Shown: piece by piece, positions 17,303 through 25,402 of the stretch
How the letters are laid out: each line of letters begins with the position of its first letter
How positions within the stretch are numbered: the stretch's first letter is position 1
From: a virus
Lineage: Duplodnaviria > Caudoviricetes
Direction: 5' to 3' (one strand)
DNA length: 51,953 nt
Virus record (IMG/VR): IMGVR_UViG_3300036670_000017
Coordinates: 1-51,953 of that record
Made by a program: the position numbers and the translations under genes
Notes under the pieces: generated by a model
What the model saw: the letters and a program-made list of their open reading frames with translations, nothing else
What the model was told of the DNA's origin: nothing
Databases searched by the model: none

Positions 17303-17929
17303 ATGACTATAGCAAACCACGCTGTTGCGCAGGGCTTCGTTCGCGGTCGCACCGCCAAAGGCTCTAACTTCAAGAGCGTAATCGCCAGCTCCACGGCCTC
17401 GCTTTCCAGCAGCGCATACGACACGTTCGAGGCGTGCCGCACCATATACAGCTACAGCACCGCAATTGCGCACATTGTGCTAAACAAAGTGTCAGACTGC
17501 ACCGAGCTGTGGCTAAGCCCCGAGGACTACAGCATGACAACACGCCAACACAAAGCGCACATCAGGTCTGCGTGGCGCGAGCTGTGCCACAAGCAAGGGC
17601 GAGACCCTGCAAACTACTTGTACCCCACACTTAACCGCAACCGCCCGCTCGACCTGATACCACCAGCTATAAAGCTACAGGGCGTGAACCACCCGCGCAT
17701 CAGGGAGAACACACGGCGTTGTGTCGTGAAGTCGTACCTGCACACCCTTAACGAGAACATAACCATAGCGACGCGAGACCTGCCCGAAGATAAGTGGGGC
17801 ACACCTGCCCGCGCGCAGTGGGGCAATGCCGTGGAGCTACGCACCAGTCTTATGAGCTGGCTCGAGTTGCCAGTGGACGATATGCGCGCTACCGTGACGG
17901 GGTATCTGGCACTTGAGGCCACGGCCTAA
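17303..17929 (+). CDS. Hypothetical early protein (start revised to ATG 17303)
   Basis: AGGA RBS; IYSYSTAIA...YSMTTRQH motif recalled from phage early proteins. Confidence 0.8.
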   Translation: MTIANHAVAQGFVRGRTAKGSNFKSVIASSTASLSSSAYDTFEACRTIYSYSTAIAHIVLNKVSDCTELWLSPEDYSMTTRQHKAHIRSAWRELCHKQGRDPANYLYPTLNRNRPLDLIPPAIKLQGVNHPRIRENTRRCVVKSYLHTLNENITIATRDLPEDKWGTPARAQWGNAVELRTSLMSWLELPVDDMRATVTGYLALEATA

Positions 17930-17942
17930 TCCCGTGGGATTA
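17927..17942. repeat. Palindrome copy 4 (GT core); supplies stop codon
   Basis: TAA 17927-17929 ends the upstream gene. Confidence 0.95.
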
Positions 17943-17968
17943 ACCACACAACACACTGGAGAGATGAC

Positions 17969-18106
17969 ATGACACAGCACAAACTAACAACACGCCAAGA
18001 CCAGCAAGACAGCGACAACAAGCTGTTCGCACTGCTGACCTACGTCGTACTAATAGTATCCGGCGTTGTTGCGCTGGCAACATACTTCGACGTGTTAACC
18101 AAATAA
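17969..18106 (+). CDS. Small single-TM membrane protein, 45 aa, absent from the ORF track
   Basis: Manual translation MTQHKLTTRQDQQDSDNKLFALLTYVVLIVSGVVALATYFDVLTK; GGAG RBS. Confidence 0.7.
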   Translation: MTQHKLTTRQDQQDSDNKLFALLTYVVLIVSGVVALATYFDVLTK

Positions 18107-18117
18107 GGAGAAACGAC

Positions 18118-18297
18118 ATGACACAAGTAGTAGTTAGCAAAGAACTATTGGAGCGGGTAATCAACTACCTGCAGGACGCCGAAGAAACCCACTACGAGGA
18201 GACCATAGACACCTACGGCGTTGACTCGGACGAAGTCAACTGGCACATATACGAGACCTGCCGCATCCTACGGTGCGAGATGGGAGAAATGGCATGA
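18118..18297 (+). CDS. Small acidic protein, 59 aa, absent from the ORF track
   Basis: Manual translation MTQVVVSKELLERVINYLQDAEETHYEE...; TAAGGAG RBS; ATGA overlap with the next gene. Confidence 0.75.
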   Translation: MTQVVVSKELLERVINYLQDAEETHYEETIDTYGVDSDEVNWHIYETCRILRCEMGEMA

Positions 18298-18461
18298 AGA
18301 AGTACACAGCCACGCTTGTCGTTACACACAAGCAAAACGTAGAAGTAGAAGTAGCCGACGACTGCACCCCAAAACAGTTACTCGCTCAGATAGGGGGCGA
18401 GTTCGACCTGTTCGCCTCAGAAGCAACCATAGCCATCGAAGATGTAGAGGAGTTGACATGA
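18294..18461 (+). CDS. Small acidic protein (MKKYTATLVV...)
   Basis: ATGA coupling at both ends; GGAG RBS. Confidence 0.7.
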   Translation: MKKYTATLVVTHKQNVEVEVADDCTPKQLLAQIGGEFDLFASEATIAIEDVEELT

Positions 18462-18631
18462 AAACCTACGCAGTAGAACTTAAGAGAACATCGTACGTCA
18501 CGCTAACCGTAGAGGCCGACACCCATGGAGAAGCCGAAGATTTGGCATGGGAGGAACTAGAGTCAGGCGAATCCTATGGCATTTCAGACGACGCCGACTG
18601 GGAAGTAAACGCTATTGACATAACCGACTAA
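18458..18631 (+). CDS. Small acidic protein, DpnD/PcfM-like (MKTYAVELKRTSYVTLTVEAD..EAE..A)
   Basis: GAGGAG RBS; pattern MKxYxV....V.VEA...EA. Confidence 0.7.
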   Translation: MKTYAVELKRTSYVTLTVEADTHGEAEDLAWEELESGESYGISDDADWEVNAIDITD

Positions 18632-18648
18632 CCGACGGGAGAACAAGT

Positions 18649-18864
18649 ATGACTGAGACCAACCAACGATACATAGAGGCGCAGCTCTTTGGGGCGGCCC
18701 CGCTGCCAGTGGACGAGATGAAAACCCTGCGCATCAAGCTCAGAACCGAGAAAGGCGAGACCAACTGGCTCAGCGTCAGCGCCACTGCGTACCGCGAGAT
18801 AGAGTCCAAGCTGATTCTGGACGCGCTGGCTAAAGACGGGGAGGCTAAGCATGACCGCGACTAA
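18649..18864 (+). CDS. Hypothetical protein
   Basis: GGAG RBS; ends in the palindrome TAA. Confidence 0.75.
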   Translation: MTETNQRYIEAQLFGAAPLPVDEMKTLRIKLRTEKGETNWLSVSATAYREIESKLILDALAKDGEAKHDRD

Positions 18865-19072
18865 TCCCATGGGATTACCGCAAGGCGTAGCCGAGCTAGA
18901 GCTTGCAGCGACGGCGCAAATGGCTAAGATAGCAGACACGTTAGCCCTGCTGCAGCAGGTGGACGTGAGCAGCGGCGTGGTGGAGGACTTGTGCGACATG
19001 TACGCCCACGTCGCCGTTGTCAGAGCGCGCTGTAGTTCGACACTATATATAAGGAGTAAACGAGATGTATGA
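18851..19072 (+). CDS. Hypothetical protein
   Basis: GGAGG RBS 6 nt before ATG; overlaps both neighbours. Confidence 0.6.
   Translation: MTATNPMGLPQGVAELELAATAQMAKIADTLALLQQVDVSSGVVEDLCDMYAHVAVVRARCSSTLYIRSKRDV
18862..18877. repeat. Palindrome copy 5 (AT core); supplies stop codon
   Basis: TAA 18862-18864. Confidence 0.95.
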
Positions 19073-19664
19073 CGACACCATCAAAACGTACGACGTGGCA
19101 GGCGCGGACGGCTTGCAGTACCGCGTGCGCGTATCACCTGACGACGACAGGCATCCGCTAGAGGACGCAGGTGACGACGCACTACCCATCATGGACACCG
19201 ACACGGACTGGGACACAAGCGACGCAGAAGAGTTCGAGGAGCACTGCACCGAGTACGAGCCCTCACTGGAGGAGGTCGCACGCTTGCGCATGCTGGAGCC
19301 AGTCGGGCGGTGGGCACGACACGCGCCGCGTCAGTATGTCGACGTAATGCGCACAGCGCACGCACTAGAGCGCGAGGGTGTGGAGCCTGCCTACGCGCTG
19401 GAGATTGCACGGGGCATGACCAAGTGGCTACAGGGCTGGTACAACGACGACTGGCACTACGTCGGCATCACTGTGACTGCACTGGACGAGCGTGGGGACG
19501 AGACAGACGACGAGCAAAGCCTGTGCGGCATCGAGTGGGACGAGTCCGCCGACGACCACGAGAAGGACGTCGCCGAATACGTCACTGACTTAGTGTACGA
19601 GTGCAGCCACGCAAGGCGCAGGGCTGCACACCCAAACCAGATGGAACTGAACTTTTACGCCTAA
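19065..19664 (+). CDS. Acidic hypothetical early protein
   Basis: TAAGGAG RBS; WYNDDWHYVG...SLCGIE motif recalled from phage early proteins. Confidence 0.85.
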   Translation: MYDDTIKTYDVAGADGLQYRVRVSPDDDRHPLEDAGDDALPIMDTDTDWDTSDAEEFEEHCTEYEPSLEEVARLRMLEPVGRWARHAPRQYVDVMRTAHALEREGVEPAYALEIARGMTKWLQGWYNDDWHYVGITVTALDERGDETDDEQSLCGIEWDESADDHEKDVAEYVTDLVYECSHARRRAAHPNQMELNFYA

Positions 19665-19677
19665 TCCCATGGGATTA
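19662..19677. repeat. Palindrome copy 6 (AT core); supplies stop codon
   Basis: TAA 19662-19664. Confidence 0.95.
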
Positions 19678-19695
19678 ACACACAGGAGAAACAAC

Positions 19696-19929
19696 ATGCT
19701 TCCAGCAGAACACAACCGCCGTACGCCCTACAACACAGGCAAAGTCCTGATTGGGCGCGACTACACCCCCGTAACGCGCCCAGCGCCAGCGTCTCAGGAT
19801 ATGGAGAACCTGCAGCTCGCACTGCTAAACAAGCCTAAGCTGCGCACCATAGAGCGCATCGCCTTGGGATTACTGTCATGCCTCGCGCTGGTCGTGCTCG
19901 CGCTCGACTTGTTCGTGTGGCGGCCATAA
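19696..19929 (+). CDS. Small protein with C-terminal TM helix (start revised to ATG 19696)
   Basis: AGGAG RBS; PYNTGKVLIG...DLFVWRP. Confidence 0.75.
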   Translation: MLPAEHNRRTPYNTGKVLIGRDYTPVTRPAPASQDMENLQLALLNKPKLRTIERIALGLLSCLALVVLALDLFVWRP

Positions 19930-19940
19930 TAGCCAAGAGC

Positions 19941-19969
19941 TTGACAGTGTAAGCCATTTAGGTTATAAT
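19941..19969 (+). promoter_or_regulatory. Early promoter P3, perfect sigma70 consensus
   Basis: TTGACA-17 bp-TATAAT. Confidence 0.9.
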
Positions 19970-20021
19970 AATACCTGTAGCGACACAAAACGCCGCTACG
20001 TTACTCGTTCACTTCAATACT

Positions 20022-20037
20022 TAATCCCACGGGATTA
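20022..20037. repeat. Palindrome copy 7 (AC core)
   Basis: In the P3 leader, before the RBS. Confidence 0.95.
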
Positions 20038-20054
20038 GCAACCAAGGAAATCAT

Positions 20055-20936
20055 ATGTCTATCAAAGACCACGCATTGCTTGTGTCACTCACTGTGTCCA
20101 AGCCTCAGATGACTGCCAAAGACGGCAAGGCGACTCGCGACGCAGAAAACGCCAACAACGCCTCAGGCGCTGGGCACTACCGCAAAGACTTGTACCCCAA
20201 GACGCTAGTTGCACCCATCATGGCTGTAGAGTCCGCAACCCGCGCCTACATCGACAGCCAGACCTACATGTGGGTTCGCGGCGAGTACTTACTGCCGACC
20301 ACGCGCTTTATGGTGTTCGCAGAGCGCATCGGCAAGTTCGAGGTCGAGTTTAGCCAAGCCGTCACAGCGTTTCTTAACAACTGGGCGCAGGTGATGCAGA
20401 TGGCACAGAGTCACCAAGGTGACTTGTTCGACGCCTCAGCGTACCCCGACCTTGAAGACCTCAAGAGCGACTTCCGCTTCCGTGTGCACTACCGCCCAGT
20501 CACTGACCAGCACGACTTCCGTGTCGAGTTGCAAGAGGCTGAGCTTGACTTGCTGCGTACGCAGGTCGAGGCGGCCACCAAAGACAGCATGGAGTCCATG
20601 TTGCGCCATCCGCTCGAGCGACTGCGCGACGTAGTAACCCGTCTAAACGAGGTCGCCAAGAAGCAAGACCGCACTGTTGTCAACAAACGCACGGGCGTCG
20701 CTGACATCAAGGCGCCGATATTTCGTGACTCGGTGGTCGACAACATCGTAGAGGAGATTGGGTTGTTGCACGACTTCGCGGCCATTCTGCCAGACAACAT
20801 ACTGGCCATGGCTCAAGATGTCGCGGCTGCGACACCAAACGCAAACCATTTACGTGATGACCCCACCGCGCGCACTGCTGTCGGCATCAAGACTGACGCG
20901 TTGCTCGAATCCATTAACAGCATGCTGGAGAACTAA
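20055..20936 (+). CDS. DUF3150-like protein
   Basis: Pattern ALLVSLTVS...K.L...T..W..GEYLLP...F...F...Y P....L...F.F...FRDS recalled for this family; co-occurs with AAA and VWA genes. Confidence 0.6.
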   Translation: MSIKDHALLVSLTVSKPQMTAKDGKATRDAENANNASGAGHYRKDLYPKTLVAPIMAVESATRAYIDSQTYMWVRGEYLLPTTRFMVFAERIGKFEVEFSQAVTAFLNNWAQVMQMAQSHQGDLFDASAYPDLEDLKSDFRFRVHYRPVTDQHDFRVELQEAELDLLRTQVEAATKDSMESMLRHPLERLRDVVTRLNEVAKKQDRTVVNKRTGVADIKAPIFRDSVVDNIVEEIGLLHDFAAILPDNILAMAQDVAAATPNANHLRDDPTARTAVGIKTDALLESINSMLEN

Positions 20937-20938
20937 CC

Positions 20939-21163
20939 ATGGCCAACACACTCGCAGTACTCAGCTTTAACTCGGTAGAGTACTTGCTCGACGCCGATGA
21001 CGCATGCGCCGCATTTGCTCTGATTAGCAAGGGCCGCCGCGTCGATTATTCGTATGGCAAAGAGGGATACGTGTACAAGGAGTCGACGCGGCATGACACT
21101 CTTACAGTCCGCATGTTTTCTGAGGTCGAGCTGGGTAAGCTAAACCTCGAAGCCCCAGAGTAA
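20939..21163 (+). CDS. Hypothetical protein
   Basis: GGAG RBS; ends in the palindrome TAA. Confidence 0.75.
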   Translation: MANTLAVLSFNSVEYLLDADDACAAFALISKGRRVDYSYGKEGYVYKESTRHDTLTVRMFSEVELGKLNLEAPE

Positions 21164-21192
21164 TCCCACGGGATTAACACACCACTAACTAA
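21159..21192 (+). repeat. 34-bp direct repeat A, containing palindrome copy 8 (21161-21176)
   Basis: AGTAATCCCACGGGATTAACACACCACTAACTAA, identical to 21560-21593. Confidence 0.95.
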
Positions 21193-21201
21193 GGAACTAC
21201 C

Positions 21202-21564
21202 ATGTCAATTATCGGAACCACTGTGTCACTTAAAAAAGCAACCATTAAAAAGTACGCCCGACACCTCGCCGCGCTAGGCTGCACGTTCAAGGTCATCGAA
21301 GATGATGGCACTGAGCACGGCACACTCGTCGCGACTGCGCCAACCAAAGGTCGCGCCGATGTTATCGGTCGCATTGACTACAAGACAGCCCTCGCTAAAC
21401 TAGCAGTGGGCGAGCTTATAGAGCTACCCATACCGGAAGGCCTCACAGGCGTAACGGTGCAGTCGACAGTCTCAGCGTGCGCAAACGCCATGTACGGCGC
21501 TGGCGCAATCACGTCGTCCGTAAACAGAAAGACAAACCGCCTCGAAGTGCTACGCCTTCAGTAA
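21202..21564 (+). CDS. Hypothetical protein, possible small DNA-binding domain
   Basis: TAAGGA RBS; C-terminal LAVGE.IELP...helix...LEVLR resembles small winged DNA-binding domains (weak). Confidence 0.75.
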   Translation: MSIIGTTVSLKKATIKKYARHLAALGCTFKVIEDDGTEHGTLVATAPTKGRADVIGRIDYKTALAKLAVGELIELPIPEGLTGVTVQSTVSACANAMYGAGAITSSVNRKTNRLEVLRLQ

Positions 21565-21593
21565 TCCCACGGGATTAACACACCACTAACTAA
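21560..21593 (+). repeat. 34-bp direct repeat B, containing palindrome copy 9 (21562-21577)
   Basis: Identical to 21159-21192. Confidence 0.95.
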
Positions 21594-21617
21594 CTTGTTC
21601 ACTACTAAGGAATCATC

Positions 21618-22625
21618 ATGCGTATCAAAAACATCACCCCAGTATTAGCCAAGCGCTACCTCAACGACAGCGTGCGTGCCCGCACAGTGTTCTTGCGTGG
21701 CCCATCAGGCATCGGCAAATCACAGGTCGTCTTTCAAGCCAGCGACTTGCTCCGCGAGCACGTCAAAGACTGGCAGGGCGTCGTCGACTTGCGCCTTGCG
21801 CAGATGGAGCCCACCGACTTGCGCGGCGTGCCATACATCGAGAAAGGTCGCACTGTGTGGGGTCGTCCAGACTTCCTGCCCCAGACCGGCGCCGGTATTT
21901 TGTTCTTAGACGAGCTTACATCAGCCCCGCCGTCAGTACAGGCAGCTGCGTACCAGCTGTGCCTGACGCCAGAAGACTTCGGCATCCCATCGACGTGGAT
22001 GGTGGTAGCCGCAGGTAACCGCAAGACAGACCGAGGCGTGACGTTTAACCTAGCTGCGCCACTGCAGAACCGCATGTGTGATGTCGAGGTGTCCACATCG
22101 CTCGACGACTTCACAGACCACGCCATCACCAAGGGTGTGCGTCCAGAGGTGCTGTCGTTCTTGCGTGACCGCCCCGACTTGCTGCACAAGTTTGAGCCTG
22201 CTGGTGAGATTCGTGCGTTCCCTAGCCCACGCTCGTGGTTTGCTGTATCCGACTTGCTGGCTTGTGACATGCCCAGCGCCGAGCGGCTGGAGCAGGTGTG
22301 CGGTGACATTGGCGAGGAAGCTGGCAAAGTGTTCGAGACGCACTTGCGAGTGTGGGAGACCATGCCACGCATAGACGACATACTGGCAGGCAAAGACTTG
22401 CCAGTCCCCAAGGAGCTAAACGTGCGGTACTGTGTCGCTATGGGCTTGGCCGCACGCATTGATTCTAAGAACTTTGACAACGCGTGGAAGTTCTTATCTC
22501 AGATGCCCGGCGACATTCAGACGCTAGTCATGCGACTGGCTTACAAGCGAGACCGAAAAATCGCAGTGAGCCCAGCGTTCGCGAAGTGGTGCACGGCTAA
22601 CGCCGATGCGTTCCGACGTGATTAA
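21618..22625 (+). CDS. MoxR/dynein-related AAA+ ATPase
   Basis: Walker A GPSGIGKS, DLRG.P, Walker B ILFLDE, AAGN sensor, PL.NR arginine finger, PSPRSW. Confidence 0.92.
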   Translation: MRIKNITPVLAKRYLNDSVRARTVFLRGPSGIGKSQVVFQASDLLREHVKDWQGVVDLRLAQMEPTDLRGVPYIEKGRTVWGRPDFLPQTGAGILFLDELTSAPPSVQAAAYQLCLTPEDFGIPSTWMVVAAGNRKTDRGVTFNLAAPLQNRMCDVEVSTSLDDFTDHAITKGVRPEVLSFLRDRPDLLHKFEPAGEIRAFPSPRSWFAVSDLLACDMPSAERLEQVCGDIGEEAGKVFETHLRVWETMPRIDDILAGKDLPVPKELNVRYCVAMGLAARIDSKNFDNAWKFLSQMPGDIQTLVMRLAYKRDRKIAVSPAFAKWCTANADAFRRD

Positions 22626-22881
22626 GGACTTGCACCCCGACTTGCGCGTGTCTAAGACGTCGAGCGGGTACGACATACGCCGCGTAGTGAAGCAACACAC
22701 CACAGCCAACCAGCTGTGGATGACAAACTTTGCAACAGTGCGGTACGGGCGCAGCGCTATGCACGACAGCGGGTCGGGGTGGGTACTTAGTGTCGGTGTG
22801 TTCGACGACATTACTATGCACGACACGCTTGACGCGGCGCTGCTGCACGCAGTTGCGCTATATAATTTACAGCACGGCTAA
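22606..22881 (+). CDS. Hypothetical protein between AAA and VWA genes
   Basis: Overlaps the AAA stop and ends in the palindrome TAA; start uncertain (22606 or GTG 22618). Confidence 0.6.
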   Translation: MRSDVIKDLHPDLRVSKTSSGYDIRRVVKQHTTANQLWMTNFATVRYGRSAMHDSGSGWVLSVGVFDDITMHDTLDAALLHAVALYNLQHG

Positions 22882-22894
22882 TCCCACGGGATTA
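22879..22894. repeat. Palindrome copy 10 (AC core); supplies stop codon
   Basis: TAA 22879-22881. Confidence 0.95.
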
Positions 22895-22918
22895 GCAACT
22901 TGTTTACTGGAGAATACG

Positions 22919-24082
22919 ATGACAACTTTAGAGAGCCGCCTAGATACTGCGTACAGCAAGCTAGGCCTACGCGAGCCGTTTATTGCGGCAGTCATGACCA
23001 AAGTTAAGCGCGAGGTCAGCGACAAGATACCCACGGCTGGAACCAACGGCACATGGGCGAAGTTCAACCCAACTTTCTGCGAGCCCTTGAGCGCAGAGCA
23101 GTTGTTTGGCCTCGTGCTCCACGAGTCCTGCCACGTCATACTTCAGCATATGTGGAGGCGGGATGGGCGCGACGCCAAGCTATGGAACATCGCCAACGAC
23201 GCCATCATCAACCGCTACATAGCCAACCGAGGGTACGTGTTGCCTGACGGCGGTGTAGACCTGCGCTGGGTCACAGAAGAGCACAGCTCAGACTACGTGT
23301 ACAACAAACTAAAGCAGCAGCAGCCGCAGCAGCAGCAGCAGCAGCAGGGTAACGGTAACGGTAACGGTGACGGTGACGGTGACGACGAGGGTACTGGTGA
23401 CGCAGGTGGCTTTGACGGCACCGGCGACTTGTACGAGCCAGACGGCGCTGTGAGCGAGGCGGACATGCAGGTGACCATCGCCGCCGCAGCGCAGATGGCG
23501 AAGGACTGCGGGCACGGCACATCGATGACTGCGCGCGTACTGGGTGCACTAGGTGTGCCCAACGTACCGTGGTCTGACGTGCTGCGCTCCATGCTCACCG
23601 ACAGCTCAGCAGCCGACTATTCGTACAGGCGACCATCGCGTCGGTTCATAGGACAAGGGTTGTACCTACCTTCACTGCGCACAGACGCACTAGGCGGGTT
23701 AGCCATTGGCTTTGACACGTCAGGCTCGGTCAGTCCCAGCGACTGCGACAAGATGGCCACAGAGATTCGTGCCATTGTGTCTGACTTGCGCCCAGCGTTT
23801 GTCGAGGTCATATACTGCGACTCTAGTGTGTCGTCAGTGGAGCGCTTTGAGCAAGACGACGACGTAGTGCTGCACCCCACTGGCGGTGGCGGCACTAGGT
23901 TCAAGCCGGTGTTTGACCACGTTGCGCAGTCAGATGACTTCTACGCAGGCATGGTGTTCTTTACAGACATGGAGGGCAACCTCGCAGAGTGCGAGGAGCC
24001 GGAGTTTCCAGTGATATGGGCTAACGTCGGATACGCCGACTACGCGCCGCCATTTGGCACAGTGACAAAAGTAACTTTATAG
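22919..24082 (+). CDS. DUF2201-type metallopeptidase + VWA domain protein (start revised to ATG 22919)
   Basis: PTAGTNG, HESCH (HExxH), WNIAND, low-complexity linker, RPSRR, MIDAS DTSGS, GGGGTRF, FFTD. Confidence 0.9.
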   Translation: MTTLESRLDTAYSKLGLREPFIAAVMTKVKREVSDKIPTAGTNGTWAKFNPTFCEPLSAEQLFGLVLHESCHVILQHMWRRDGRDAKLWNIANDAIINRYIANRGYVLPDGGVDLRWVTEEHSSDYVYNKLKQQQPQQQQQQQGNGNGNGDGDGDDEGTGDAGGFDGTGDLYEPDGAVSEADMQVTIAAAAQMAKDCGHGTSMTARVLGALGVPNVPWSDVLRSMLTDSSAADYSYRRPSRRFIGQGLYLPSLRTDALGGLAIGFDTSGSVSPSDCDKMATEIRAIVSDLRPAFVEVIYCDSSVSSVERFEQDDDVVLHPTGGGGTRFKPVFDHVAQSDDFYAGMVFFTDMEGNLAECEEPEFPVIWANVGYADYAPPFGTVTKVTL

Positions 24083-24090
24083 AGACCGAC

Positions 24091-24372
24091 ATGAGCAACA
24101 CATTTGACAAAGACCTTTACAACCGCATGGCCCGCATCGAGAGCAAACTGGTGCGCGGCTTCGAAGAGCTGGGCGTAAACATCGCCACAGCGCCTGACTG
24201 GCTCACAGTGGACGACACATCACGCGTGGTGTACATATCGTCAATGGGCCGGTCCCTCATGGTCATCATGAGCGACATGGCGCGGCGCGGCGCATCGCAG
24301 TACGGCAACGAGTACACGCTGGTGCACCAAGGTGACGAGGTGGGCACACTCGTTTTCGCCAAAGCACGATAG
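24091..24372 (+). CDS. Hypothetical protein
   Basis: Tightly packed in the operon; RMARIESKLVR motif. Confidence 0.75.
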   Translation: MSNTFDKDLYNRMARIESKLVRGFEELGVNIATAPDWLTVDDTSRVVYISSMGRSLMVIMSDMARRGASQYGNEYTLVHQGDEVGTLVFAKAR

Positions 24373-24383
24373 GAAATACTATC

Positions 24384-24893
24384 ATGAGCAAGCTAATCGA
24401 CAAGATACAAGGCCTAGCCGTAGAAGATGACGGCTGCTGGGTTTGGCAAGGCGCCGTGCAAAGCAGCGGTGCGCCAGTCATGAAATTTAATGGCTCAGTA
24501 AGCACTGTGCGCCGACTTATCGTGCTGGCCAGAGGCCTTGCCTTACCTGCTAGCAAAGTAGCGACATACACGTGCCACAACAAGTTGTGTGTGCACCCAA
24601 ACCACACAGCAATGCGCGACAAAGGGGCCGTAATCAAGCGCGGGCACAAAGAGAAGGACGAAGGCCACCGGCTTGCGCTAAACCATAAGCGCGCGCTGTC
24701 AAAACGCAAGGGCGCCAAGCTAGACATGGACAAAGCACGCGAAATACGTGCGTCGAGTGAGAGCACAGCGGAACTGGCGCGGAAGTACGGCGTTACAAAG
24801 TACTGCGTGTGGCAAGTACGGCGCGGGGAGTCTTGGAAAGAGTACGGCGCGGCCAACCCATTCGCAGCGCTGGTCCAGTGCGCACACAAATAG
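24384..24893 (+). CDS. HNH endonuclease-like protein with C-terminal HTH
   Basis: DGCWVWQG...TCHNKLCVHPNH; C-terminal AELARKYGVT....QVRRG..W. Confidence 0.75.
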   Translation: MSKLIDKIQGLAVEDDGCWVWQGAVQSSGAPVMKFNGSVSTVRRLIVLARGLALPASKVATYTCHNKLCVHPNHTAMRDKGAVIKRGHKEKDEGHRLALNHKRALSKRKGAKLDMDKAREIRASSESTAELARKYGVTKYCVWQVRRGESWKEYGAANPFAALVQCAHK

Positions 24894-24908
24894 CCCGACA
24901 GGCAACAT

Positions 24909-25394
24909 ATGAGAAAACGAAGCAAATACCGCCCCAAACACGTACTGCAGAACCCGTTGGAGTATGTGCGCGAGAACATGGCACCGATTGCCCAGCACGG
25001 GAGCTACTTGGTGACACTAAAGATACGCAACAGCGACGCGATGGTTAAGCTGTTGCGTGGTCAAGCTAGCGTGCCCGACATGAACACGTTGGTGGCGATG
25101 AGCAACATCACAGAGGCCCTATGCTTTATGAACTTCGGCAAGGAGCACGTAGACATCGCTGAGCGCGGACGGCACGCCATTATCGCGATTGTGGAGCGCG
25201 CTAAGACAACGAACCGATTTACGCCAACAGGGTTAGAGGTGCAAGCACTGAACGAGCTAATGGAGTTGCACGACGCCCAGATGGATGTGCTGACAGTGAA
25301 AGACATGGACGCAGCGATACATTACGCGAGGCGTGCGCAGAACCGACCCAATGTGGTCAGGCTGCCCGTCGTCAACGTAACCCCTGTAACTTAG
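24909..25394 (+). CDS. Conserved hypothetical phage protein (MRKRSKYRPK)
   Basis: Long ORF in operon context. Confidence 0.8.
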   Translation: MRKRSKYRPKHVLQNPLEYVRENMAPIAQHGSYLVTLKIRNSDAMVKLLRGQASVPDMNTLVAMSNITEALCFMNFGKEHVDIAERGRHAIIAIVERAKTTNRFTPTGLEVQALNELMELHDAQMDVLTVKDMDAAIHYARRAQNRPNVVRLPVVNVTPVT

Positions 25395-25402
25395 GAACCA
25401 AC

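Noticed and set aside
18629-18644. Degenerate twelfth palindrome (TAACCGACGGGAGAAC) at a stop codon
   Set aside because: Too many mismatches; the GGGAG is explained as the next RBS.
22829-22866. Internal promoter TTGACG...TATAAT before the VWA gene
   Set aside because: The spacing (26 bp) is incompatible with sigma70; the TATAAT alone is insufficient evidence.
22730-22918. N-terminal extension of the VWA protein in the ORF track
   Set aside because: It overlaps another gene and the palindrome; a good SD precedes ATG 22919.
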